Source: Candidatus Saccharimonadales bacterium (GTDB lineage Bacteria; Patescibacteriota; Saccharimonadia; Saccharimonadales; UBA4665). From it: 64,000 bases of DNA. How positions within the stretch are numbered: the stretch's first letter is position 1; each line of letters opens with the position of its first letter. A program made the position numbers and the translations under genes. The notes below the pieces were generated by a model that worked only from the letters and a program-made list of their open reading frames with translations, was not told where the DNA came from and made no database searches. Below are positions 43,955 through 52,392 of this stretch, in pieces. The stretch covers positions 430,399-494,398 of the forward strand of contig DATCRQ010000001.1 of NCBI GenBank assembly GCA_036568905.1, given 5' to 3'.

Positions 43955-44407
43955 TTAGACGTTTTCGGTTGCGAACTTGCGTCGTACAACCAAGAAACCT
44001 GCGCCAGCAGTAAGTACTGCGCCAGCGCCCGTCACAAGGCCGAGTTCAGGAAGCGCAACATTGACGATAACAACGTTCAACTTCATAGTGTCAGCCGTAA
44101 CTTTGCCGCTGCTCACGCCGCCTTTGCCGCCCTTTGAAGCAACAACGGTAACTGTATCACCGACTGCGCATTGCCCTTTCGCAAAGGTAACGCTGTATTG
44201 GCCGGCGTTGTTCGTCTTGGTGCTGCGCGAATAGTTGTTACATACAACGGTTACGTGCGCACCTTTTACCGGTTTGCCATTGTTATCAATAACGCCGCTT
44301 ACGCTTGTTTTGGCGCCTGTCGTCGGTGCCGCTGAAGCAATCGACGGTACAGCAAACGCTGCTAATAAGCTGAGTGCCGCTACAATCGCTGTGATCTTCT
44401 TTCTCAT
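43955..44407 (-). CDS. Secreted CarboxypepD_reg-like beta-sandwich protein with a C-terminal PEP-CTERM-like sorting signal
   Basis: GGAG RBS. Signal peptide MRKKITAIVAALSLLAAFAVPSIASA. GVIDNNGKPVKGAHVTVVCNN...NNAGQYSV. C-terminus ALPELG-LVTGAGAVLTAGAGFLVV-RRKFATENV. The track ORF starts at 44422. Confidence 0.7.
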   Translation of the reverse strand: MRKKITAIVAALSLLAAFAVPSIASAAPTTGAKTSVSGVIDNNGKPVKGAHVTVVCNNYSRSTKTNNAGQYSVTFAKGQCAVGDTVTVVASKGGKGGVSSGKVTADTMKLNVVIVNVALPELGLVTGAGAVLTAGAGFLVVRRKFATENV

Positions 44408-44486
44408 GGTCCCTGACTCCATTTACGTTGTCAACCTTACCATAATGAACCCGGCTTCCAAGGATTGCAAGGCTTTCGTTGTAATT

Positions 44487-45407
44487 TTAACGCAGCGTAA
44501 ACGTAGCGAGCAGGCCGATGTACGCCAGTTTGCTCATCGCGTTGATCGTTATCGTAAGCAAGAGATTTTGTTTCTTGTAATACGTGAAGCTTAGTACGAT
44601 TCCTGAAAGCAAAGCGAAGAGCGGAACGAGCAGCGTGCTATGGCCGACGCTTGCGAACGTATAAAGCGCGGCCGAGAGTGCAGCGGCTACGACGGGGTGC
44701 ATAATTTTGGCAGCGCGTTGTTGGATTAGGCCCCGGAACAACATCTCTTCGGCAATCGCAAACACGACACTTGAGGCAGCAACGAGAGGCAACGAAGTCG
44801 GCTCGTACGGATAATAATTGCGTAGCATAAAGTAGCCGGCCGTGCCGAGCACTTGGCCGACGATCAGCATGAGCGGGAGCGTCAACGCATAGCCACGGCC
44901 CGTAAGTGCAGTGTTGGGCAGCGGTTCGTCCAGCGTAAACCAAAAACGGTAGACGAGCGTGAGCAAGAGTAGGGCGTCATAGAAAACGACAGCTTCGGCA
45001 AAATTGGAAGATTGCGGCAGGCTGAGCGTGATCATCGTTGCTACGGGCAGGATGGCGAGGGAAATAGCAAACTTACGGTACGACTCACGCCAAAGCGCAA
45101 GGCCGCAGAGCGCAGCAAACGCACCGGCATTAACATAGACGCCGAGCGCCGGCTTCCACCACAGACTCAGCTGCGAAGCCCCAAGCATGACGGCTGAGCC
45201 AAGGGCAAGACCCCAGTTTTGGCGCAACACAGTAAGCGCCCTGACGGGACGTACGGCTGCATATATTTTGCTTAATGTCTGTCCGCGGTTTTTAGCTACC
45301 TTAGGCTGGGCAACTATTTTCTTGGCCGCAGCCTTGGCTGTCATAGATTGTCGTGAAGCCGCAGCCTGTGCGGACGTTTTACGGGCAGTCGTCTTCGTCG
45401 TAGCCAT
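44487..45407 (-). CDS. CPBP (CAAX/Abi) family intramembrane protease homologue
   Basis: 306 aa. A/K-rich basic N-terminal tail, at least 6 TM helices, and motif 1 FAIAEEMLFRGLI (EExxxR). FASVGH is a possible motif 2. I could not see a clean HxxxN motif 3. Confidence 0.7.
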   Translation of the reverse strand: MATTKTTARKTSAQAAASRQSMTAKAAAKKIVAQPKVAKNRGQTLSKIYAAVRPVRALTVLRQNWGLALGSAVMLGASQLSLWWKPALGVYVNAGAFAALCGLALWRESYRKFAISLAILPVATMITLSLPQSSNFAEAVVFYDALLLLTLVYRFWFTLDEPLPNTALTGRGYALTLPLMLIVGQVLGTAGYFMLRNYYPYEPTSLPLVAASSVVFAIAEEMLFRGLIQQRAAKIMHPVVAAALSAALYTFASVGHSTLLVPLFALLSGIVLSFTYYKKQNLLLTITINAMSKLAYIGLLATFTLR

Positions 45408-45625
45408 TATGCTTTCCCCGTTTGCTTGTACGCAGCGTAAATCAAAAGTCCAGCGAGAACCAGAAATAACGGATAGAAATAGCGCAGGTGCTGACGTTGC
45501 TCACGCGGGCGCTCCGAGTAAACGAGCTCAACAACGATGAGCGCGCCAACAAGCAACACTGTATTGAGAACCAACGTTGTTTGTTGCAAATTCGTGCTCA
45601 ACTGAAACGGAAGACGCAGGAACAT
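45407..45625 (-). CDS. Small two-TM membrane protein, first gene of the cassette
   Basis: 72 aa with an AAAGGTG/GGAG RBS. Its stop overlaps the CPBP start (TAATG). Confidence 0.5.
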   Translation of the reverse strand: MFLRLPFQLSTNLQQTTLVLNTVLLVGALIVVELVYSERPREQRQHLRYFYPLFLVLAGLLIYAAYKQTGKA

Positions 45626-45702
45626 ATGCTCACACCTTTAACTCCGGCCAATTGTACTACAAAGTAGCGCATACGTCAAAATACCGTCACTATCAATGAG
45701 CG

Positions 45703-46188
45703 CTAGGCAGCGTAGACAACTACCAACGTATGCGGCGACATACGGCTCGTAAGCGTAGCAAGTTGCTCATCGGAAGCTCCTTGCGTCACGTACATCGTGC
45801 CGCATTCGGGCGGATTAAGTATCACTTGGCCACGCGTCGCAAAAAGCACGTCGGCGGCAGGCTCATCGTCACCATTCTGCACCGCGAAATGCGCCCGCTC
45901 CATTTGGGCAATTTCTTCCGAAAGTTCCAAAATGCGCGCAGATTTCAGCGTACTCGAACGCTCGCGTAGCGCTTGTCTCATCACCACACGCCATTGTTTG
46001 CTAACGGCAGCCAGCATACCTGGCGGACTTTCCGTCACGACAACGATCTTGCCGGAAAGCTGGCGCGTATACATATGATGTGCCAAGTCCCATGCCAAAC
46101 TTACGTTCGCCCGTAGCTCACGCGCTTCAATATATAGAGAACTCATTGCCGCCCCCCACGCCGATTTTCGGCGCTTTGTCCCTGGCAA
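45703..46188 (-). CDS. Hypothetical cytoplasmic protein
   Basis: 161 aa (147 aa if ATG 46146, MSSLYIEAREL, is used). No motif recognised. Confidence 0.5.
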   Translation of the reverse strand: MPGTKRRKSAWGAAMSSLYIEARELRANVSLAWDLAHHMYTRQLSGKIVVVTESPPGMLAAVSKQWRVVMRQALRERSSTLKSARILELSEEIAQMERAHFAVQNGDDEPAADVLFATRGQVILNPPECGTMYVTQGASDEQLATLTSRMSPHTLVVVYAA

Positions 46189-46399
46189 TACTTCTACGCT
46201 CCCGCACTATGAAGTCAGCCCACCCGACAATAAACTCGCCCCGATTCCAAAAATGCTCATTACAAGCAAACCACTGACGGTCATCACGATCGCAAAAGCC
46301 AACGCTTAGTTCGTCCGCGGGCCGCTCTTTGCAGCAAATGACACACTGTAAAACAACAATATCGGCCACATCCTCAGGCCAAGCAATCACTCCCATCAC
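46127..46399 (-). CDS. Small Cys/His-containing hypothetical protein
   Basis: 90 aa. LQCVICCKERP ... FACNEHFW suggests a CxxC...CxxH metal site. It overlaps the downstream ORF by 20 to 62 nt. Confidence 0.4.
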   Translation of the reverse strand: MMGVIAWPEDVADIVVLQCVICCKERPADELSVGFCDRDDRQWFACNEHFWNRGEFIVGWADFIVRERRSIARDKAPKIGVGGGNEFSIY

Positions 46400-46622
46400 C
46401 CTACAAGCCTTTCTATCTAGCCAGCCGCTGCGTCCCTGAAGGCAACAGCAAACTAGACCTCCAAGAAGTCTTATATTTTTACCAAACAGCTACAAATGAG
46501 ATATTAAGCGCATCGCGTTATTCACCAAATACAATATAAGTCGTATAATGGTGCTTGAAATAAAAACAAGCTTGAATAACGACTATATAAATGATACGTT
46601 TAATACTCGGAACATTTGTATG

Positions 46623-46646
46623 AGCACCGAGCGATCGCTCAGTGCT
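46623..46646. promoter_or_regulatory. 24-nt near-perfect palindrome upstream of the HTH-methyltransferase gene
   Basis: AGCACCGAGCGA|TCGCTCAGTGCT, with 11 of 12 positions pairing, centred on GATC, 60 nt before ATG 46706. Confidence 0.3.
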
Positions 46647-46705
46647 ATGTTATCTTTAAATGCGGAAACATGTCAACACTTTTAACGAGATAAAGTTGCT
46701 CGCTT

Positions 46706-47929
46706 ATGCTGTACTTCAAAAATCGCGAACTAGCCGAAACCTACCACGTATCCGACCGCACCATCCGCAACTGGATCGAAGAGACTAAGCAGGGCAAGCT
46801 GCAGCTATCGCTGCACGAGCAAGGCGGCCGGTCTTTTGTCGCCAACACCACGAAAAACTTGAGCATTATCGAGGAACTCGTGTCTGCCCGCAAGAAATTT
46901 CGCCCGCACCACACTTTTAAGGTGATTACGCCGAAGCCGGAGTTTTATAAGTTCTACAACCCGGCACAGATCTACGATATATTGACGAACATCGAGATCC
47001 ATCACGAGATTCCAAGACAATATAACTATTTTGATGGCGGCGCGCATGCTTGGGATGCATATGTTAAGCGCCTAGCTTCTGAAGAAACATCTAACATATT
47101 TAATAGGGGCGTCGAGCTACTTAATGATAGTTATTACTATATAGATAACGCCATAGGGGAAAGGAAACGCGTAAACATTATCGATCTAGGCGGAGGTAAC
47201 GCTATGCCTGCGCGCTCTTTGATCGCCCACCTAATTAAACAGGGTGTCATGGGCCGTTATGTCGATCTGGATATAAGTAAAGAGATGCTTGCTATAGCGA
47301 GAAAGAATATAGACAAGTGGTTCGGCGATACTGTTGCCTTTGAAGGATACGAAACAGATATCAACTACGATCGTTTTGCGAATATCTTAGCCGAAGAATA
47401 CCTAGGACCAAACTCCGAAGACACAATTAACATAGTTCTATTTCTCGGCATGATGCTGGCGAATCTACGAACACCCGATGGGGCTCTAAGGGTCATACAT
47501 GATAGCCTGGGGCTGAACGACCTACTTGTATACACTAACAAGCTCGATACACCCACCACTCGTAGATTCTTTGACTTTAATGTTCGTGAAGATGAGCCGG
47601 TATTACCGCCCATCCATAGGCTTGTTATCGACTTACTAAATATAGATAAATCAATGTACGATCTAGATCTGGGCTACGATTCGGCACGTAAGGAGCGCTA
47701 CGAGCGTATTCGCTTCAATACCGCCGTAACAATCCAGTTTGACTTTGCCGAAGGCTCCAGGTCGTTGGATTTGAATAAGGGAGATTCCATCCTCGTATGG
47801 CGAGCACGGCAGCAAGGCGCGCTCGATGTCATCCACCAATTCGATCGGAACGATTTTTACATGCTGCACTCGAGCCAGACGGACGATCAAGAATACATTT
47901 TGACAGTTTCGCGCGTTAAATCTGAGTAG
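46706..47929 (+). CDS. HTH domain fused to an EgtD-like (Methyltransf_33-type) SAM-dependent methyltransferase
   Basis: 407 aa, AT-rich gene. N-terminal ELAETYHVSDRTIRNWIEE (helix-turn-helix). NIIDLGGGNAMPARSLIAHL (SAM motif I), YVDLDISKEMLAIARKNI, VLFLGMMLANL, and a C-terminal substrate-domain layout like EgtD (from memory). Confidence 0.6.
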   Translation: MLYFKNRELAETYHVSDRTIRNWIEETKQGKLQLSLHEQGGRSFVANTTKNLSIIEELVSARKKFRPHHTFKVITPKPEFYKFYNPAQIYDILTNIEIHHEIPRQYNYFDGGAHAWDAYVKRLASEETSNIFNRGVELLNDSYYYIDNAIGERKRVNIIDLGGGNAMPARSLIAHLIKQGVMGRYVDLDISKEMLAIARKNIDKWFGDTVAFEGYETDINYDRFANILAEEYLGPNSEDTINIVLFLGMMLANLRTPDGALRVIHDSLGLNDLLVYTNKLDTPTTRRFFDFNVREDEPVLPPIHRLVIDLLNIDKSMYDLDLGYDSARKERYERIRFNTAVTIQFDFAEGSRSLDLNKGDSILVWRARQQGALDVIHQFDRNDFYMLHSSQTDDQEYILTVSRVKSE

Positions 47930-48124
47930 TAATCGTAAAAACTACAACGAATCGGACGCGCACATTTTCGCTTCTTCTGCAGTCTTCATATAATATACTT
48001 GTACAAAATGCTTAAAGATTTTACAAATGTTACGAATTAGCTAGGGAACATATTTTTACAACACTACCTTTTGTGACATATTAATGCTGTTAGAACGTCG
48101 CTATGCAGCAGGCTAGCGCCATGC

Positions 48125-48130
48125 TATAAT
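48125..48130 (+). promoter_or_regulatory. Candidate -10 box TATAAT for the RRM-protein gene (implies a leader of about 120 nt)
   Basis: Perfect TATAAT in an AT-rich spacer. Only a weak -35 (TATGCA) lies 17 nt upstream. Confidence 0.3.
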
Positions 48131-48253
48131 GTAGTCACTAGAAATGGCTGCTCATTTTTTAGTGCACATGTCAATAATAGAAGAAGAAGTTCACTTGAGG
48201 AGCAGCAGCTGGCTTGCCGGTTTGCCTCAGGGACAAGGAAGGTAAACATATCA

Positions 48254-48577
48254 ATGGCAACCAAACTTTTTGTTGGTTCACTCGCATACACTGCAACTGA
48301 CGACGACTTGCAGCAGGCATTCGCAACAGTAGGTACTGTTGTTTCTGCCAAGGTCATCATGGACCGCGAAACCGGTCGCTCAAAGGGCTTCGGCTTTGTT
48401 GAGATGAGCTCGGACGACGAAGCCAAGGCTGCGATCGACCAGCTCAACGGCAAGGAAATCGCTGGCCGCGCAGTTACGGTCAATGAAGCTCGCCCACAAG
48501 CTCCCCGCGAACCCCGCTCATTCGGCGGCAATGGCGGTGGTAACGGTGGCGGTTTTGGTGGCGGTCGCCGCTACTAA
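48254..48577 (+). CDS. RRM-type RNA-binding protein with a Gly-rich tail
   Basis: 107 aa with an AAGGAAGG RBS. RNP-2 KLFVGSLAY, RNP-1 KGFGFVEM, and tail GGNGGGNGGGFGGGRRY. Confidence 0.9.
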   Translation: MATKLFVGSLAYTATDDDLQQAFATVGTVVSAKVIMDRETGRSKGFGFVEMSSDDEAKAAIDQLNGKEIAGRAVTVNEARPQAPREPRSFGGNGGGNGGGFGGGRRY

Positions 48578-48597
48578 AACTAACGCATTTATGCGCC

Positions 48598-48632
48598 TAA
48601 AAATCGCTGCAGAAATGCAGCGATTTTTATTT
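48598..48632. terminator. Bidirectional rho-independent terminator
   Basis: AAAAA-ATCGCTGCA-gaaa-TGCAGCGAT-TTTTTATTTT. It sits between convergent genes, and the minus-strand gene's stop abuts the stem. Confidence 0.75.
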
Positions 48633-49442
48633 TGCCAAGGGAACTTGCGCGGCAGAGAACTCGCGCAAATATACGTCGTGCATGTCAGAAAAATCTGGCG
48701 CGACACCAGCTAGCACCAGAGCTTCCTGCTCAGCCGTATTTGACGGCAATGCGATACACGCACGGACATCGGGCAAGCTTCCAAAGAAAAGTGCAGCCTG
48801 TGCACGCCTGCTCAAGTGGATATCATCTTCCTCTATAAAAAGGCCGGACGGTCGCTCCGGCCCATTAACCTGCGCGCCGCAATATTTGGCGAAAAGGTCG
48901 CGCGAGTTTAAGTACAAAGCGCCGTCGCCATAAGTTTCGGCAAGTTTTCGTACGGCTCCGTCGTATTCTCTGAGCGTCTCGGAAGACACGGATGCGCCAT
49001 CGTATTCCGCGCCCTCGCGCTCAAGCGGATAATTTCCGATGAGCATGGTGCGGTTATTGTTTGTGGCGCAAAAATCTAAGATCTTCTCAGCTGCAAAAAG
49101 GCTACGTTTGAGGGACGCACGCTGCACTCTCTCGCCGTTGCGTGTAACCTCCAGCGTGTCTGCGGCGGTTGGAAACGTCCAAATGGTAAGTGCCGGCTCC
49201 TTTTTACCGCGTTGTATCGCCTGGACCGTAGGAAGGGCGACGGTTGCGGTATAACCCGTGGTCGTCGAGCACATCCCTAGCGGAAAAACTTCATGATATT
49301 CGGCCCGCGAGTCGAGGCCAAATTGCTCACGCCGCCCCATATACGTACTTAAAAGTGTGGGTGCCGCGGCGGTTGCGTCCGGGTACTTGCCGTTGCTATC
49401 GCCAATACAATAAACCCTTTTACAAGGGAGAGCTTCAGCCAT
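48627..49442 (-). CDS. SGNH/GDSL-type hydrolase
   Basis: 271 aa. Block I VYCIGDSNG and block V EEDDIHLS (DxxH). Confidence 0.6.
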   Translation of the reverse strand: MAEALPCKRVYCIGDSNGKYPDATAAAPTLLSTYMGRREQFGLDSRAEYHEVFPLGMCSTTTGYTATVALPTVQAIQRGKKEPALTIWTFPTAADTLEVTRNGERVQRASLKRSLFAAEKILDFCATNNNRTMLIGNYPLEREGAEYDGASVSSETLREYDGAVRKLAETYGDGALYLNSRDLFAKYCGAQVNGPERPSGLFIEEDDIHLSRRAQAALFFGSLPDVRACIALPSNTAEQEALVLAGVAPDFSDMHDVYLREFSAAQVPLAK

Positions 49443-49525
49443 GTCGTTTCCTGTAGGTTTTACGTATAAAGCTAAAGCTTACGCCATGATTAGGAAACGT
49501 GCAACGACAAATTAGCGTGCGCTAT

Positions 49526-50737
49526 CTATCCCTTGATGAAGGTGAGGGCGTAGCCCTGGCGGCCGGCGCGGCCGGCGCGGCCAATGCGGTGCGTGTAGTC
49601 GTCGTAGTTGTTCGGCAAGCTGTAGTTGATGACGTGCGTAATGTCGGCAACGTCGATGCCGCGTGCGGCAACGTCGGTTGCGACGAGTACGTTTACGTCG
49701 CCGTTCTTGAAGCGCTTGAGTGCTGAAGTGCGTTGGCTTTGGGATTTGCCGCCGTGCAACGCGTCAGTGCGAAAGCCTCGTTCCAAAAGTTCTTGGGCGA
49801 GTTTCTCGACGTTACGCTGCGTTTCGTCGAAGATCAGGGCTTTGGAAACGTCAGAACGGTTGAGGACATCGTGAAGCTGATCCATCTTGTGGACGTTATC
49901 GAAGTAGCGTACGACGTTTTGCTCAACGTTTTCGCTGGTTGCACTTGTGCGGACGGAAATCATTACAGGTTCGTGCAGGAAACCTTGCACGAGGCCTTCA
50001 ACGTTCGGGTCCATCGTCGCGGAAAAGAACAGCGACTGGCGCTCAGGGTTGAGTTCGCCGAGCAAAAAGCGGATGTCGTTAATAAAGCCCATATCCACCA
50101 TGCGGTCAACTTCGTCGAGGACGATAACGTTGACATCAGCAAGGCGCAAGGTGCCGCGCTCAAAGTGGTCTTTGATGCGTCCAGGCGTACCAATGATGAT
50201 GCCCGGGCGGGCCGAAAGCTCGCGCAGCTGGCGCGGCATCGGCATACCGCCGATGAGCAGTGCACCGAACAAGCCGCTGCCTTTGGCGAGGGAACGGACT
50301 TCGGCTTCGATTTGCTCAGCCAACTCACGCGTCGGCGCGATAATCAGCGCGCGCGAGTTCGGCTCTTGCATAAGTTTGTGCAATACAGGCAAGGCAAACG
50401 CTGTAGTTTTGCCGGTGCCAGTGTTCGCGATGCCGACGACATCACGGCCGGTAAGGCCGTGAGGAATCGCTGCGTCTTGGATGCGCGACGGCGCCGTAAA
50501 GCCCTTGGCGGCAATGTTACGGTGCAGCAATGGGTTCATCGCAAAGTCGCTAAAAGCGTGCTCCGGCGTGAAGACATCTTCGGTTACTGGCTTCGCAGCT
50601 TGGATAAATTTGTTCGGGTCGATAAATTGTCGGTTGCCCTTGTTTTTGCTGTTAGAACGCGACGAAGGACGGCGGCGTTCAAAACCGCGCCCCACAGGAC
50701 GACCAGCGCCAAAATGGCGCGCATTGTATGATGGCAT
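49526..50737 (-). CDS. DEAD-box ATP-dependent RNA helicase
   Basis: 403 aa. Q-motif FTAPSRIQ, motif I ANTGTGKTTAF, PTRELA, motif II VLDEVDRM, SAT, and motif VI HRIGRAGRAGRQG. Arg-rich N-terminal extension. Confidence 0.9.
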   Translation of the reverse strand: MPSYNARHFGAGRPVGRGFERRRPSSRSNSKNKGNRQFIDPNKFIQAAKPVTEDVFTPEHAFSDFAMNPLLHRNIAAKGFTAPSRIQDAAIPHGLTGRDVVGIANTGTGKTTAFALPVLHKLMQEPNSRALIIAPTRELAEQIEAEVRSLAKGSGLFGALLIGGMPMPRQLRELSARPGIIIGTPGRIKDHFERGTLRLADVNVIVLDEVDRMVDMGFINDIRFLLGELNPERQSLFFSATMDPNVEGLVQGFLHEPVMISVRTSATSENVEQNVVRYFDNVHKMDQLHDVLNRSDVSKALIFDETQRNVEKLAQELLERGFRTDALHGGKSQSQRTSALKRFKNGDVNVLVATDVAARGIDVADITHVINYSLPNNYDDYTHRIGRAGRAGRQGYALTFIKG

Positions 50738-50865
50738 AAAGATAGAATCCTTTTGTTAGTTTGCCGATATCATTGTCAAATGAAATCGAGCATACTACGG
50801 TCAACCCGGATTCATAAAACAATTACTATAATAGTAACACAGTACGGCCGGATGGTCAATCTATC

Positions 50866-51651
50866 TTACGGCTGCATCCACTCCAAGACAGCGACTTGCC
50901 CATTGGGGTTTCCGGTGACGCCAGGAAGGAAATCGTACTTATCTGGGTAGGCCATTGCTTGCGCGCCGGTGCCTTGATTAATTTCCTGGGCCATGCCATT
51001 CCAGTCAATCAAGTTTGCGTCGGATTCAGGGTACACAAAGGAGATCGCTTTCGTCTTGGAAGTGACCGGACACTCCTCCTTAAGTCGCGCCGTGGCGACT
51101 CTGCCTTCGTTCCAGGCCGTGTCGGGCGCGTTCAAAGCTTTCGCTTCGTCTGTTGTAAGCTCGCACGCAACTTTGTAGTAGTCGTGGCCTTTCGGGACTT
51201 CTGACGCCGTATGTATGCCTTGCCACGTGTACCATTGGCCAGTGCTGCCGGTCGTTGTAAGGACGGTTCCTACCTTGCAGTCGTCGCCAGTGCAAATCGT
51301 TTTAACTTGATGCGACGGAAGTTCCGTAATGTTGTTCGTAGCCAGTCCGGCGAGCGTTGCTTGCGCGATCGTCGTATTGCTCCATCCATAGCGATTGTCT
51401 TTAAGGTCGCCATCAGAACCTACGCTACTTATAAGCACTTCGCCATTTGAGTTCCGAATGACCAGTTCAGTACTTCCGACACTATATTTGCCCGTGCCCA
51501 TCGTGCCGCCGATTTCAGGGCCGCAAGCCGTTGCCGTCCCTGCCAAAGCCAACGCTGCGGCAGTACAGGCGAGCACTTGCTTCCTTTTGGCAAACCAACT
51601 GCCGTTGTCCGGCGAAGTAGACGGCGTTTCCCGAGCATCCATTTTACCCAT
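50866..51651 (-). CDS. Hypothetical lipoprotein
   Basis: 261 aa. ALALAGTATAC lipobox, then a T/G-rich beta-type sequence. Confidence 0.55.
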   Translation of the reverse strand: MGKMDARETPSTSPDNGSWFAKRKQVLACTAAALALAGTATACGPEIGGTMGTGKYSVGSTELVIRNSNGEVLISSVGSDGDLKDNRYGWSNTTIAQATLAGLATNNITELPSHQVKTICTGDDCKVGTVLTTTGSTGQWYTWQGIHTASEVPKGHDYYKVACELTTDEAKALNAPDTAWNEGRVATARLKEECPVTSKTKAISFVYPESDANLIDWNGMAQEINQGTGAQAMAYPDKYDFLPGVTGNPNGQVAVLEWMQP

Positions 51652-51821
51652 TACAAAAAGCCTCCTGCATGTTACCTAATCAATGGGAAACATAATAGAC
51701 CGTCCTGCAAGGGAATGAAAGTGATCTATGTCACGCGTACGCTTCATGCTACTTGACGTTTCTGAAACGTCAAGCTTATAGTGGCTGCATACTTATTATT
51801 TAGAGTGGAAGGGTAGCTGCC

Positions 51822-52316
51822 ATGAAGACAGGGTTAGAAATATTTACAAAAAGGAGAATCGTAGAAGGCTTGGCGCTCGCAGCTGGCGGCGCAGCACTTT
51901 TTAGCACGGCAGCTTGCGGACCTACGGCTGTTATCCCTAGGACGGTCGCCCACGAAAACAGCAGGTACTGCGGATTTGGAGACTGCGATGCCTTTGCCCG
52001 AACCGGTGTTGTCGTCAGTGTCAACGCCGCCGGGGACATGGAAGTGGACACGTGCGCGCCTAAAAATCCACCTTTGGACGATTACAGTGATGAACTCGCG
52101 AGTTACTTCACGGACGCCACGCTCGCGCAGGTCAAAAGCTTAGGTGGTCCAAGTAAGTGCCACTTCGAAATTCCTGCTGGCCCGGAGGGAACTGGCGGTG
52201 TGAGCACAGAGTGGATTAGTGCTCAAGTAGCCAAGCATAACGAATCGGTCATCGGCACGGTCATTGCCTACGACAATCCAAAGCCGGAGTGGTCTATCGC
52301 CGGCCACATTAGCTAA
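51822..52316 (+). CDS. Hypothetical lipoprotein
   Basis: 164 aa. AAGGAALFSTAAC lipobox. Confidence 0.55.
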   Translation: MKTGLEIFTKRRIVEGLALAAGGAALFSTAACGPTAVIPRTVAHENSRYCGFGDCDAFARTGVVVSVNAAGDMEVDTCAPKNPPLDDYSDELASYFTDATLAQVKSLGGPSKCHFEIPAGPEGTGGVSTEWISAQVAKHNESVIGTVIAYDNPKPEWSIAGHIS

Positions 52317-52392
52317 GGCAATCTTTACTTATTAAGCCATCATTCAGCAACGCTTCGTACAATGCGCTTAAAGTAACCGAAAGGAAGACCTT

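Noticed and set aside
48124-48531. 135-aa minus-strand ORF overlapping the RRM-protein gene
   Set aside because: The plus-strand product has perfect RNP-1 and RNP-2 motifs and an RBS. The antisense product is Ser/Ala/Cys-rich with no features.
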